Below the pieces are notes generated by a model. It did no database searches, was not told the origin of the DNA, and was given only the letters and a program-made list of their open reading frames with translations. From assembly GCA_010093605.1 (NCBI GenBank), contig MU004196.1, forward strand, positions 704,606 to 768,605: a DNA stretch of 64,000 nucleotides, read 5' to 3'. This DNA is from Lophium mytilinum (taxonomy: Eukaryota). This document shows positions 27,076-39,009 of the stretch, in pieces. The translations under genes and the position numbers were made by a program. Within the stretch, counting starts at the first letter, position 1. Each line of letters opens with the position of its first letter.

Positions 27076-28513
27076 ATGGCCCTGCTCGACAGAGTCCCCG
27101 GCGATCTGAAGCTGTACATTGGCGGGTGCGTCGCTAACCTCCACTGGGCCATCATGCCCGTCCTCCACACACGCCTCACAGATCCGTCACTGACGCGTCC
27201 ACGATTGCTATAGGCTGTTCACCCTCCGCCGCCGCGATGCACTGGAGGAAGCCGGCGTTACTCACGTCCTGTCGGTGCTGCGGCTGCCGCTCGATCAGCG
27301 GCTCTTCGTGCCGTTCAAGCACATGGTCGTCGAGGTGGACGACGTCGAGGATGAGAACCTGCTGGAGCACTTCCCGGCCACCAACCAGTTCATCCAGGAG
27401 GGTCTTGACGCTGGTGGCGGCGTCCTTGTGCACTGGTGAGTCCACACCCTGGTGCAGCTGAGCGCCGCATGTCCAACTATTGATCGCCACCCCGGACTTC
27501 TCTTCTTGGCAATATCGCCATCCTCAAAAGCAACAAGCTGTCATTGTGTCATACCGCAGCGTGCATGCAAGCCCCTTTCTGCGTCTCCTCTTGTTTCTGT
27601 GCTTGCCGTCTTGTTTTGCTCGCACGTTTCTGTGCTCAAGCTGGGATATCCTTCCATCTTACTTTCTGTCTTTCACATGCCGAAAATACTCATACACACC
27701 GCTCGTTTGCCACTATTTTCAAGATGCCAACTTTTATTTCCCCTCTAGTGCAATGGGCAAATCCCGGTCCGCAACCTGTGTTATCGCCTACCTGATGCAA
27801 CACCACAATATTTCCGCCGAAGAAGCTTTGTCCCACGTACGGGAGGCACGCGCGATCTGCGAGCCAAATTCGGGATTCATGAGCCAATTAGAGCTGTACG
27901 GGAGCATGCGCACTCCTGAAAATGTTGAGGAGTCGCCAGCATACCAGCGTTGGGTATTTCAACGGGAGGTTGAGCTGTCCCGAGCGTGTGGACAAGCGCC
28001 TGATGCCGAGAAGATCAGGTTTGAAGATGAGCATACTTCTCAAGACTCCGTTGACTATGAGCTACGCTGTCGCAAGTGCAGGTAGGACTCCATAATGCTT
28101 GCCACGATGCTTTTCACATCAAATCACAGATTAAGCTTACTATATTTAGGCGAACACTGGCAACATCTCAATACCTCACTCAGCACGGGTCTGCATCCTC
28201 AAACTCAAACCCTTCCAAAGTTCGTCCATGTGCACATTATTTCCTAGACCCACTCTCGTGGATGCGTCCAGAACTCGAACAAGGCAAGCTAGATGGACGC
28301 CTCGAATGTCCCAAATGCCACACCAATGTGGGCAAGTACGCGTGGCAAGGCATGCAATGCAGTTGTAGCGAGTGGATCTTACCCGCCATCAGCCTGTCGA
28401 AGAGCCGAATCGACGAGGTGAAGCCACAGTCATCTGCTGCTACCGGTATACGACGACCTCCAGGAACAATCGTCGCGCCACCAAGCCGAGGCCCGCCGAA
28501 AGAGAGTTTGTAG
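27076..28513 (+). CDS. YVH1: Dual-specificity phosphatase with C-terminal zinc-binding domain (Yvh1/DUSP12), 4 exons
   Basis: Catalytic VLVHC|AMGKSRS spans intron 27436-27748; CEPNSGFMSQL; LRCRKCRRTLA; GRLECPKCHTNVGKYAWQGMQCSC. Confidence 0.94.
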
Positions 28514-30469
28514 GGCTGTAAGGCAAAGTATAAATTACACTGGACAACTAGCGCGATAACAGCGTCGGCGCATCCAGCCTAATAGTATCTAGTGTTAGAA
28601 GGCCTGGATGGATGTTGGATTCGAGTTCGCTTATAGGGTCTCTCTTTCGATTAGCCTCAAAGATCTCCCAGCCGTCTCCTCTTCGGATTTCGGAGTCCCA
28701 GTCAAGCGGTTTCAGTTCGAAAGCTATTGACGTCAGCCCGCAGTCTGCACGTCTGAACTTACGTTTCTGGGTACCTTATGAGAGGCTATTCAAAGTTTCT
28801 TTTGATCCGGAAGCTCTGATCGTATGTCGACGCATTGCCGTATCGCACTAGCGCTCGCACCAGAATGAAACCGCAACATAGAACCTAGAAAAGAATGAGG
28901 GGGCAATCAATATCCATAAAGCATCAGTATACCCAATTATCATCCTTTGTAAAGGTCGACCACGTCTTCTAATTGGATGGCATTCGCGATTTGACAAGCC
29001 GAAAAGAGCAAATGCTTAAATAAACGTCCGAAGATAGACCGCTGGGTAGGACGTCGCAAGGCTAGCATCATCCTACTAACCACGTCACGGTCTATCATTG
29101 AATAGCATCTGCCTACTAACCACACTACGCGAATCTTGAGCACGTTTGCTTGCACCTTATGGCCCCAAATGGCCGTTCGCGTTGTATGGCTGCGTTGAGT
29201 TACTCCCCACAGCAAACACGACGCACTACGTGATATTTCCTTATTCCGGCAAAGCGCGTAAGACTCCTCCACACTTAAGATCTTACACGCGTGTGAAGGA
29301 TGCAGCCATGTGTCGTTTCAGCCTTTACATGGCTAGTCGTTCAGCGATCGTCCACCATGTGCGCCGCCAACACTTGGCGTTAGTGATTCGCGATTACTCG
29401 GAGTAAGCATTGTGCTCATTGGGCTTCGTATGGGAAATGCCAAAGTCAGCCTTATGGATGTTGGCCCATGAGTATTAGTCGCCGTTCGCGACCTGTGTAG
29501 GCAATGCAGGAGGGAGTAGTATGACGCGCAATCTCCGATTCTCTGACAAAATGTCTAAAAATCCGAGGGCCGCGACTGCACGGTAATTTGGAATCCCCAG
29601 ATAATCTTCTACCCCAGACGACCCCTGCTCTCGGAGCCCCGCACAATGGGTTTACCCTTAATGGATACAGTCCGAGTACTGACATCGATCGTGATCGCAC
29701 AAAAGCCTGCATCGGGATGAAGATCCGAGCTTTGCGGATGGATACCACAGTGCAGGTTGCCTAGCCGCTAACGAGTCAACATACATTCCTACCTATCTAC
29801 TGTAGGCAAGATGAAGGTGATTGGGATGCAGCTCAGAAGCAAGAAAGCATGCGGCCCGGATGTGCGGGCATTCCGGATATGAGATAATGATAACATTATC
29901 CTGCGCATATATATAGAATGCTATATACAAGCTTTTAATAAGCAAGCTTGGCGCGGGAAGATGTTGGGACCGGGTATTAATTTCATGTTTTGCATTAGGG
30001 CCATATAGAGGCGTATCATGAGATATGTATCTGACTTGGATGAATCATCAACTGAAAACAAAAGGGCTGTGAAGGGCTGCAAAGGTTCCGAACATGCTTG
30101 AGTCGTTGATCCACGTGACTGCGGGAAGGGCTGAGAAGCTCGAGCCTTCCCGCTAAAACCATCTCGAGCCACGGGAGCCACCTACGATGCGTCACGAGAA
30201 AATACAGACATCATCAAGAAGCTCCACTGGACATGACTGTACGTGTCTATGAAATCTAAGTATCTACAAATAGGCCACAGGGCGGTGCTGCGTACCTCTC
30301 ACACTCATCAATTTTTCTCTACTCAAGCATTTGCATCTCCTTTAACCAAAGTCAACGTGTCGTGCAGTAAGTGAAGCTATAATTGAGACTGAAACGAATG
30401 AGCACTTACCCCTTTGAAGAACCGCAAACCTCTTTCAAAAATACCAATCTCCTGTTCTCAACTTTCACA

Positions 30470-31678
30470 ATGTCTCAAAACGCATCTGCTTCAGCATCAG
30501 GGCCCGCCCCGGCCGAGGAAGGGGATAGCTCTCAGAAGCTACGATACGTTGATGTTTGTCCGCCTATCCACGTTTCCCATACGTCGAGTCTTCTAAAAAG
30601 TCATATATTAGATTGGTATCAACCTCGGTGACCCCGTATTCCGCGGCAAATACCACGGCAAGCAAAGCCACCAGGACGACTTCACAGACGTTCTCCAGCG
30701 GGCTCTAGACGCTGGCTGCAAGAAACTGATGGTCACGGGGTCCGATCTAAAAGAGTCTCGCCATGCCGTCGAAATCGCTAAGCAACATCGTCCGTGTACA
30801 ATTCCCCAATGCCATTTGTCGTAGACTAACGACCTCCGCAGCCGGACTCTGTTACGCTACAGTCGGCGTCCATCCATGCTCCGCAAAGCACTTCGACTCC
30901 CACCGCGACGGCCCCGCGGCTTTACTCGCCGCCATCGGCGACCTCGCTCGCAGCTCCAAGGCAGCCGGCCACACCGTCGCCTTCGGAGAAATCGGATTGG
31001 ACTACGACCGCCTATTCCTCACCCCTAAAGACCAGCAGCTCAAATACTTCGAGGCGCAGCTCGACCTCGCGGTGGACATCCAGCTCCCCCTATTCCTGCA
31101 TTCCCGAGCCGCGAGCGAGGATTTCGAGAGACTGCTCGCTGCGAAACTGCCCCAGCTGCCGAAGAAGGGGTTGGTGCACAGCTTTACTGGCACCGCTGAG
31201 GAGATGAAGCGGATGGTGGAGCTGGGGTTGGATGTTGGGGTCAATGGGTGCAGTATGAAGACGGAGGAGAACGTTGAGGTGGTTAGGCAGATTCCGCTTG
31301 AGCATTTGCAGATCGAGACGGACGGGCCTTGGGTGGGTGATCCCGGACTTTAGCGCTAATGGGCTTTGCTGATGGGTGTTCAGTGCGAGATGCGTCCCAG
31401 CCATGCATCGGCGAAGTTCCTCCAGGACGCGCCTCCGCTGCCAAAGGCGGTCAAGAAAGAGAGGTGGACGCAGGGTGTTATGATCAAGGGACGGAATGAG
31501 CCGGCAACGATACCGCATGTTGCGTATGCGATTGCGAGGATAAAAGACATCTCGGTAGAGGAGGTTTGCGAAGCGTAAGTGCACAGCGGGCCACATTCGA
31601 ATATCTCTTGCTAATTCTAATCACAGTGCGTGGCGTAATTCGATCAAAATGTTCGGATTGGGAGAGAAAATAGAATAG
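30470..31678 (+). CDS. TatD-family deoxyribonuclease (TATDN1-like), 5 exons
   Basis: RYVD|IGINLGDPVFRG; ATVGVHPC; AFGEIGLDYDR; PLFLHSR; LVHSFTG; IETDGPW; KGRNEP. Confidence 0.94.
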
Positions 31679-33093
31679 AGTAGGCAGTCTTTGTACATTA
31701 GGCATTAGAAGCGGTCTGGGCCATAAGGCGAGCGACTTGCATATAGTGACTGGGTAGATTGATGGCGTATTATTGATTTCTGACAATACTACAGGAGCAT
31801 GACTACGTGTTTGAATCCAAGTACTAGCTTTTTAGAGCCAAGAGTCTTTAGACTGCACTTTATATCTCCCCACTTTATATCAGATCTCTTCACTTCTTAG
31901 CAAAGTCAACTTAGTTCGAAAAGGTGCGCAGAACCATCCACGGGTGAAGCCAAATAGCCGTGCACCGACTGTTGTAGCTCGAGAGAAAGATCTTCGAAGC
32001 AAAAAGGCTGTGTGTGGAGACTTAGGCCAGAAACTCCAGCCAGCCTGTCGACAACGAGACCGGGCACATTCTGCAGAGCTTGCATAGTAATTTCAGCAGT
32101 AGTATTGTCGCTAGGCTTTAAGATATATGTTTAAGTGAGCTCATTAGCGGATCTTATGGCAAACACTCTCACAATGAATACAGTCGCCGTGACCATTTTT
32201 TTCTACCCTCTTCTATTTTTCTGTTCGAGGTTCTTGGGGGTTAGTCTGATGATCTTTATGCAGACACCCTGTTGAGGCATAGACGTAACAACTTAGCCAT
32301 CTTTGATTGCAGATTTTCGCTCAGCCTTCTTCTTGAAGGCTTAGGTGCGTCGGTCTGATCCTCATCCTACCGAGAGGCACTTTGTTGCGGCTCGGGATTC
32401 GGACGTTTTTTACACTATAATTTCGCCATATCGCTCAGACGAGACCGAATGGAGCTCAAAGGACAAGGAATCTTGATTAGTTATCAGCAACGACTACGAC
32501 GTATATGGTCATCAATGTTTGCCGAAGCAACGCGCGGATACTTTGATGGATGCGCGTATGACCTAGGTAGTGAAGAGGCGCAAGGCAGATCAATCGAGGA
32601 AACCTTTACCAGTGTGGTGTATCTCCAGGTGCTCAAGCGCATGTCGTAAAGTGATTTCAGGACGAGTGAGCCATCGAGATTTTGCTAAAGCTCGTCCCGA
32701 CTGCGACATTCAGCTGCTCTCCGCAAATAGTTTGGGTCATACCTAGCAAAGGAGTAAAGTGCTTATGCCATGGCGCGAGACCTCCTTTGCAACTTCATCA
32801 ATCCACGACTCGAATACGTACGAGGTATAGAGGAACAAATGGACTAGGTGGAACCGCCATATTCGATTGAAAAGCAATCTCGGCGCCGATTCTGCAGCAT
32901 TCAGTGTAAAGTATACATTCGGAAAAAAACCTTATGAGAAGCCTTGAGGCTGAGCTTGTGCATAGCCACAAAGCTTGTTAGAGACAACTGCCAACCCTGC
33001 TCATTGTGGTTAAGAACCAAACCAGAACCCTTAGCCCGACCTTGCCTGTACCCGTTATCCACGCAAATGTATACTCCTAAACATTCGATTCGC

Positions 33094-35463
33094 TCACATT
33101 CCAGGGGGAGGAGGAACCTAGAGACAGTTAGCCCAGTTCAACAATCTCGATGTGAAAATTGAACAAAAGCAGATCCACGGTACAATCAGGCAGACTGAAA
33201 GTCGCAGCTCCTGAAACCAAAGCCCTCGAAAGAGGAGTTGACCGGCTGAATGAACGAAGAAGATGAAGAAGAAGCATGCTCCTCAAGCTCTTCGATTTTG
33301 ATTTCAGGAGTGTCTTTCTGTCATTCGAAATTCTGCATAGGAGTGTCGTCCCGCGGTCTAGTGAAAGAGGTTCCGTCTTCAGCTTTGACCACAGAATTGT
33401 AGTTTTGCGGTGCAGCGAAGGGAGTATAGTGGCCATACGGAGGATCGTAATACCCGGTCTGAGCTTGTTGGCTTTGTGTGGATCGATAAAATTGAGGGTG
33501 CCAGGAGTACTTAGAAGAAAAGTCCTAGGATAAGAAAGGCTCAATGACATGAAGAATAAGTCCAATTACTTACGGCATTGTATCCAGATGATGGTGGAGC
33601 TCCTGGTGGGGGAGGAGGAGCCTCGCTAGGAGGTGGTGGGGGAGCTGTGCCTGGGGCAGAAGCAGTGCCCGGAGCTGGAGTCTGTTGCTGGGCACCTTGC
33701 TGTCCATACCATTGGTAGTAGTACGCACAATAGGCTTCGTAGCCACCGTAAGCGGCATACGGGTCCTGTCCGGCGGCGTACATCTGAGCCATTTGGGCAG
33801 CATAGTCTGCAGTTTGACCGGGGGTTCCTGGAGCAGGAGTTGTGGGACGCATTAGTGAAGCTGCGGCGCCGGGCGATTGCTGCCCGCCGTTACCTTGCCC
33901 GCCGTAGCCGTTGTAGCCACCGTAGCCACCGCCACCGCCATAACCGTGGTTCTGGCCGCGGTCGCGGTCACCTCTGTCCCCGTAGTTGGAACGTCCGCCG
34001 CCGTTGGAGTAGCCGTCTCCGCCGAAGCGATGGGTTGGGCCACGCTCTTTGAATCTCTCATACTCGCCCTTGACGTTCCCAAGGAGATCCTCGCACAGTG
34101 CCTTGGCGGTTTGTACCATTTCAGGGTCCGGGCCGCTGCTCGCTATTAGATCTCGGACATGAAAACAAGTGGGGGTTGCACTTACGCGACATGCAGATAC
34201 ATGGCCTCATCGCTCTCTTGGCCTGAAGCAGGCTCCATGAAGCCAGATCCACGGCCTTTGATCTGGACACGGCATCGAGTCTCTTGCTGAATATGTTTGA
34301 CGTAAGTGCCTCCATGGCCAACTACCTGAGCCCTCAAGTTGAATCCAGGAATGGGTTCCAGATCGATAGGAATCCTCTCTTCGGGCCATTTGCGCTGTTG
34401 TTTGTTAGCATCTAACAAGGCTTGTAATACCAAAATACTGTACCCGGCCAAGCTCGTCACGCTCGAATTGTTCTGGCTCGCGACGACGAAACCTACGCTC
34501 GTCCACAAGATTGGGCAGTTCCTGATTCATCATTTCTTCGATCTTCGCGACCGCCTTCTCCAAACCCTCCTTGGTGGTGCTAGTGACGTGCAAGTAGAGC
34601 GGTGGATTCTATTGCAAATTAGCACAGTTCCATCGTGTCTTCGGGGTGATTTTGTACATACCGCAGCAGTCGCCATGCTCTTATTGGGATAATAGCTGCC
34701 GCGAGTTGTGACATCTTCTCATCAATAAGCAAGGTATTCTACAAACGTTAAGTGGTGGAAGGTGGTTGAGCATACCGGCACCAGTTTCATCTGCAATCTA
34801 AATGTCACACAAGCGAGGTCAGCAGATGCCATTTACGGGTGGTGTAGAACAGCTAATTCAGGACGATAAGTGAGCGCTAGCACTTCTCCACGATGTAGTG
34901 ACAGGAACGAGAGACCTTGCGCCATGCCTTGCTTGTAGCAGGATGCGCGCTCGGCAGGCTCAAGGTCTCTCGCCCCTGGGCCCTGAAAGTATCAGTTGGG
35001 GAGGAAGAGGGGTGCTTACCATCTTTTGAGTAGCGCCTTTGGTCAGTGTGTAGCGGTTGCGCAAGTCGTTGACTTCGATGTCCTTGATGTAGTCCCCATC
35101 TTGCTGATAGACTTCATTAGTGAGCGCAGCGGCGGCAGCGGCGCCCGGAGAGGCGGCGACTGCGGGGCTTGATGCAGCACGGATGGGCGGTACATCGACA
35201 GGCTGAGCCCGCTTGCGCGCCTCGATCTGCGCATTAATTTTGGCAGCAGCCGCAGCAGCTGCAGTAATAGCAGCGACCGGGTCGATTTTCTTCTTTTCTG
35301 GCTCGACAGATTTGGGTTCCTCTCGTGGGATCGGGCTGCGACTGCGGCGCGCCTCGGATTTGCGCGCAGACGGCGAGCGCGAGCGTCGGTCGAATCTGGC
35401 TGTCCGCTTCTGCGCAGGCTCGACCTGATCGAAGCGCGAGCGTCGACGGGGCTCGTCAGCCAT
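33094..35463 (-). CDS. KH-domain RNA-binding protein, KHDC4/Blom7 (KIAA0907)-like; includes a 22-nt microexon (34776-34797) and a 24-nt last coding exon (33094-33117, VPPPPGM*)
   Basis: RS-rich N-terminus; KDIEVNDLRNRYTLTKGATQKM|IADETGA|DVTTRG; PLYLHVTS; FNLRAQVVGHGGTYVKHIQQETRCRVQIKGRGSGF; Y/G/Q/P-rich tail. Last intron ends gctaactgtctctag. Confidence 0.88.
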
Positions 35464-35625
35464 GGTGGATGGCTGTGGTGATAGGAGTGTTTGGGGTGGC
35501 GATGTTGGAGTGTTAAGAAGTGAGGTGGTGGAGGTCAAGGTGGTGACAAGAGGTGAAGTGGCAGTTGTCGAACATGCGGGCCGAGAGAAAGCCCTAGCGG
35601 TCCGAGTCCGAGCTTCCAGCCTTGG

Positions 35626-35635
35626 CCGGCCTCGG
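35626..35635. promoter_or_regulatory. Candidate Leu3/LeuB site CCG-N4-CGG upstream of ILV6
   Basis: CCGGCCTCGG ~160 bp upstream of the ILV6 ATG; a Gcn4/CpcA-like TGATTCA lies at ~35678. Confidence 0.4.
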
Positions 35636-35794
35636 CAAACCGATGCTCCGATCTGCGGCGCCCCAGGTTTTTCTGTGTGATTCATCCAGACATCCTCGTT
35701 CGCCGCAAACATCCAAAATTACTTTGCCCAATTCACACGCTGGTGAGAGGTTCTACAACCTCCAATTGACCCGGAAAGGCCCTATATAGGCATC

Positions 35795-36839
35795 ATGGCC
35801 TCCCGAAGAGCTCTGGCGCTGCCCCTCCGCAGTCTCGCTCAACGCCCAAAGACCTCCGCATTCCTCCTCCAGCAAAAGGTCCACAGCTCCTCCTCCACCC
35901 AAGCGCTCGAATACAAGGCCCTGCACCGCCGCATTGCACCCCTCCCGACCGAAGACCGCCCGCCTGCATGGTCCGCCCAAGCTGCCGTCAGCAGCATCCT
36001 CTACGAGACACCCCTCCCTTCGCAAGCACCGCCGAAACGCCATATCTTGAACTGTCTTGTGCAGAATGAGCCGGGAGTCCTTTCTCGTGTGTCTGGTATT
36101 CTTGCCGCTCGAGGCTTCAACATCGACAGCTTGGTCGTGTGCAACACCGAGGTCGAGGACCTTTCTCGCATGACCATCGTACTACAGGGCCAGGACGGCG
36201 TCGTCGAACAAGCCCGGCGTCAGCTTGAAGACTTGGTGCCTGTATGGGCTGTTCTAGATTACACTTCAGCACCCTTGGTTCAGCGTGAGCTTCTTCTCGC
36301 TAAGATCTCTACGCTGGGCCCGGAATACTTCGAGGAGTTGCTCGCTCACCACCGAGAAATGGTCCAGGAGCCGGAACGGCCACCGATAGATGTTGAGAGC
36401 ATTGAAGAAGGCTCTGAGGGAGATGCTGAGTTCCAAGCCGAGCTGGCAGCCCGTGAGGCTCTGAGGAGAGACTTCCACCCCAGCAAGCTAGCTGTCAGCC
36501 AAGCGATGAGGCACAAGCACCAACATCTGCAGTCTATCACCTATTTCACCCATCAATTCGGTGGAAAGGTTTTGGATATCAGTACGAACAACTGCGTTGT
36601 GGAGGTCTCAGCGAAGCCTTCGAGGATTGACTCCTTCATGAAGCTGATTGCGCCATTTGGTATCCTAGAGTCAGCGAGAACTGGTAAGCCTTTCCTATCC
36701 AATTCTTCTAAACGAATTCATGCTGATGAAATACGCAGGTCTCATGGCCCTACCTCGATCTCCACTACACGATCCCAACGAGATAGAAGATAAGGATGCC
36801 CAGGATATTGTGGACACAAGCACCCTTCCTCCCGGTTGA
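35795..36839 (+). CDS. ILV6: Acetolactate synthase regulatory (small) subunit, mitochondrial; one intron near the 3' end
   Basis: HILNCLVQNEPGVLSRVSGILAARGFNIDSLVVCNTEVEDLSRMTIVL; GILESARTG|LMALPRSP; ends LPPG*. Confidence 0.96.
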
Positions 36840-37282
36840 AGTGCTCACTTCCCAATGTGCTCGTAATGATTTTGGGGAATCTTCAGCCTTACTGTCCCGG
36901 CGTTTACGTCCTCTGTATATAGCCCAGTTGGTTGGTTCGAGAATGCCTCAGCGGGTGTTGATGTCTTTGGCGCTTCTGGGAGGTACCATGATTTCTACTT
37001 ACACTTGAAAGTGACAGCAAAAACCAAGCGGAATATTACTCGCTTCTGCGAAGATTCCAGCGGTCTCGTGCAATGATTATAATACTTTGACTTCTTTCAT
37101 GTGCACACCCAACTGAAGGATTTATATCACTCGACGTATAATCATCTCCCAGACAGAAGATACTGTACGTATACTACTCGTAATGTACAGCGTTCCTCTC
37201 GCAGAGTCAAGAGTCAGCTAGTCCCAACGCCTGCCCAATGCTATAATATACATTTTCTCTTCGGCATGCTTGCCACAAGACC

Positions 37283-37921
37283 TCAATGCGTATACTTATC
37301 CTCATCATCCCTCGACGTAATCTTCTTGAACGGATCCGGGCCTTCAGGCTTGAACAGCTGTACCACCTGCCCATCTTCAGACGTCAAACTCCACTCCAAC
37401 GTCTCAAACTACATCGGCCAATTAGCGCTCACCCCTCACAAACAGGATAAACACATATAACTCACAAACCCCGTTCGCGTCCGCCTCACACTCCTAAACC
37501 GCATCACCGCCCCCCGCTTCGTCCCCTTCACCCCAAAACTAATATCAATGCGCCCATGCAGCTGATTCAGCTCCCCGCTGATCCACGGCATCCGGTCTCG
37601 GAAGTAAATCTCGTCCCCCAGGATCTCCCGCGCCTCGTCATTCGTGCGCAGTGCGTACAGCGTCGATGTCGTGACGGACGACGACTGCTTCTGGTAGTTG
37701 AAGATGGCGAGACAGGAAGCGCCGACGACACCGGCGAAAATGGGGAGGGTCTTCAGCCAGCCCCAGCGCGTTGGGAGTGTGGGGAGGGCGCGATCGGCGC
37801 GGCGCTCGAGGAGGGGGCCGCTGGTGGCTTTTGGGGCGGCGATGAGGGTGCGCCTTGTTGTCCTGGAAACGCTTCTGAGTGGGAGGCGGGCCGGCCGGGG
37901 GAGCGGTATTCGGGGGGGCAT
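37283..37921 (-). CDS. COA1: Cytochrome c oxidase assembly factor Coa1 family, 2 exons
   Basis: Presequence; TM followed by IFNYQKQSSSVTTSTLYALRT..AREILGDEI; WISGELNQLHGRIDISFGVKG; second exon FETLEWSL. Confidence 0.88.
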
Positions 37922-38133
37922 TGTTGGGGCTGAATTGGGGGTCAATTCGTAGCGGAGGAGGATCGAATGATGCATGATGTTCAAGCTGGAGTCGGCGGAT
38001 TGTTTTTGCGTAGCCGTGGACCCTGGAAATGTGGCGCGCGTGGCGTAACTTCCGTCATCGCGGTCAAGCTTCAGGCAGATGCTATATATATCACCACATC
38101 TCGCAAGCTCAAAGAAAGGATTAAAGAATAAAA

Positions 38134-38852
38134 ATGGCGACAACCCGCCTCCGCCACGCGTTCCGCTATCCCACCGAATCCGACTCAGACGAGCCTCCAG
38201 AAGGCATCGACGAGCAAGGTAGCTAAATTCCATTCTTCCCCATCCAGCTCAACTTATAGCTCTACTCTCTGTCCACTCCCTTTATTTCGTATTTTCCTCT
38301 TCTACCCTTACATAACACACCACTAACCCTTTCTTCTCAGAACAAGAAACTCTCATAACCAACCTCACCACCACCGATGCCACCAACACGCTCCTCTACA
38401 CCCGCCTCCTCCTCTCCCTCCCCCTCACCCCCACGCTCCTCTACCTCCCAACCCTCCTCCGCCCCCCCTCCTCCAGCGCCTGGCTCTCCACCCTCTTTAC
38501 CATAACCTCCCTCCTCGCCGCCGCCTACATCCTCTACTTCCTCCCCCTCCCACCCTCCAGCTCCACATCGAAACCCCCGCAACAACGAAAACCGAACCCT
38601 CACGCGCACCTAGACATCGAGGGCGACAGCGAGAGCCCGCTGCGGCGGTACATCACCTACCTAAATGGCGCGCTGGTGGTTGTACTAGCGTTACGGGAGT
38701 TGAGCAGCGGAAGAGGATGGCGGGAGGGGATGGCGGGGGGCGGGTACGTGCCGGGGTTTGTGTATGCGGTGGTGCTGTTTGCGCGGACGCAGTTGCGGGC
38801 GGTAGATGTTGGTGTATTGGAGGGGTTGCGGTATCGGTATAAAGGTGCATAA
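38134..38852 (+). CDS. Conserved-looking fungal hypothetical membrane protein (2 exons; not in ORF track)
   Basis: MATTRLRHAFRYPTESDSDEPPEGIDEQ|EQETLITNL..., several hydrophobic segments, ends LEGLRYRYKGA*; intron ~38219-38340. Confidence 0.75.
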
Positions 38853-39009
38853 GGAAGAGACACTCAGTGGTTCTGGGTGCAATTCCGGACCAGGAGTTAC
38901 AATATGAAATAAGTTAGGAGGACGACTATCACTTTCAGCATTTAATAAAGATACGTTTATAAGTGATGGGAGCGCGCATCGAACTCTTAAGCAATAGGAG
39001 AGCAAAATC

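Noticed and set aside
33188..33323. Stop-codon readthrough or A-to-I editing of the TGA ending the alternative KH exon
   Set aside because: The frame stays open, but there is no recognisable domain and the exon itself is unverified; too speculative.
34798..35019. TPP riboswitch or snoRNA in the KH-gene intron
   Set aside because: No TPP aptamer core motifs and no correctly placed C/D or H/ACA boxes found by eye; host gene is unrelated to thiamine.
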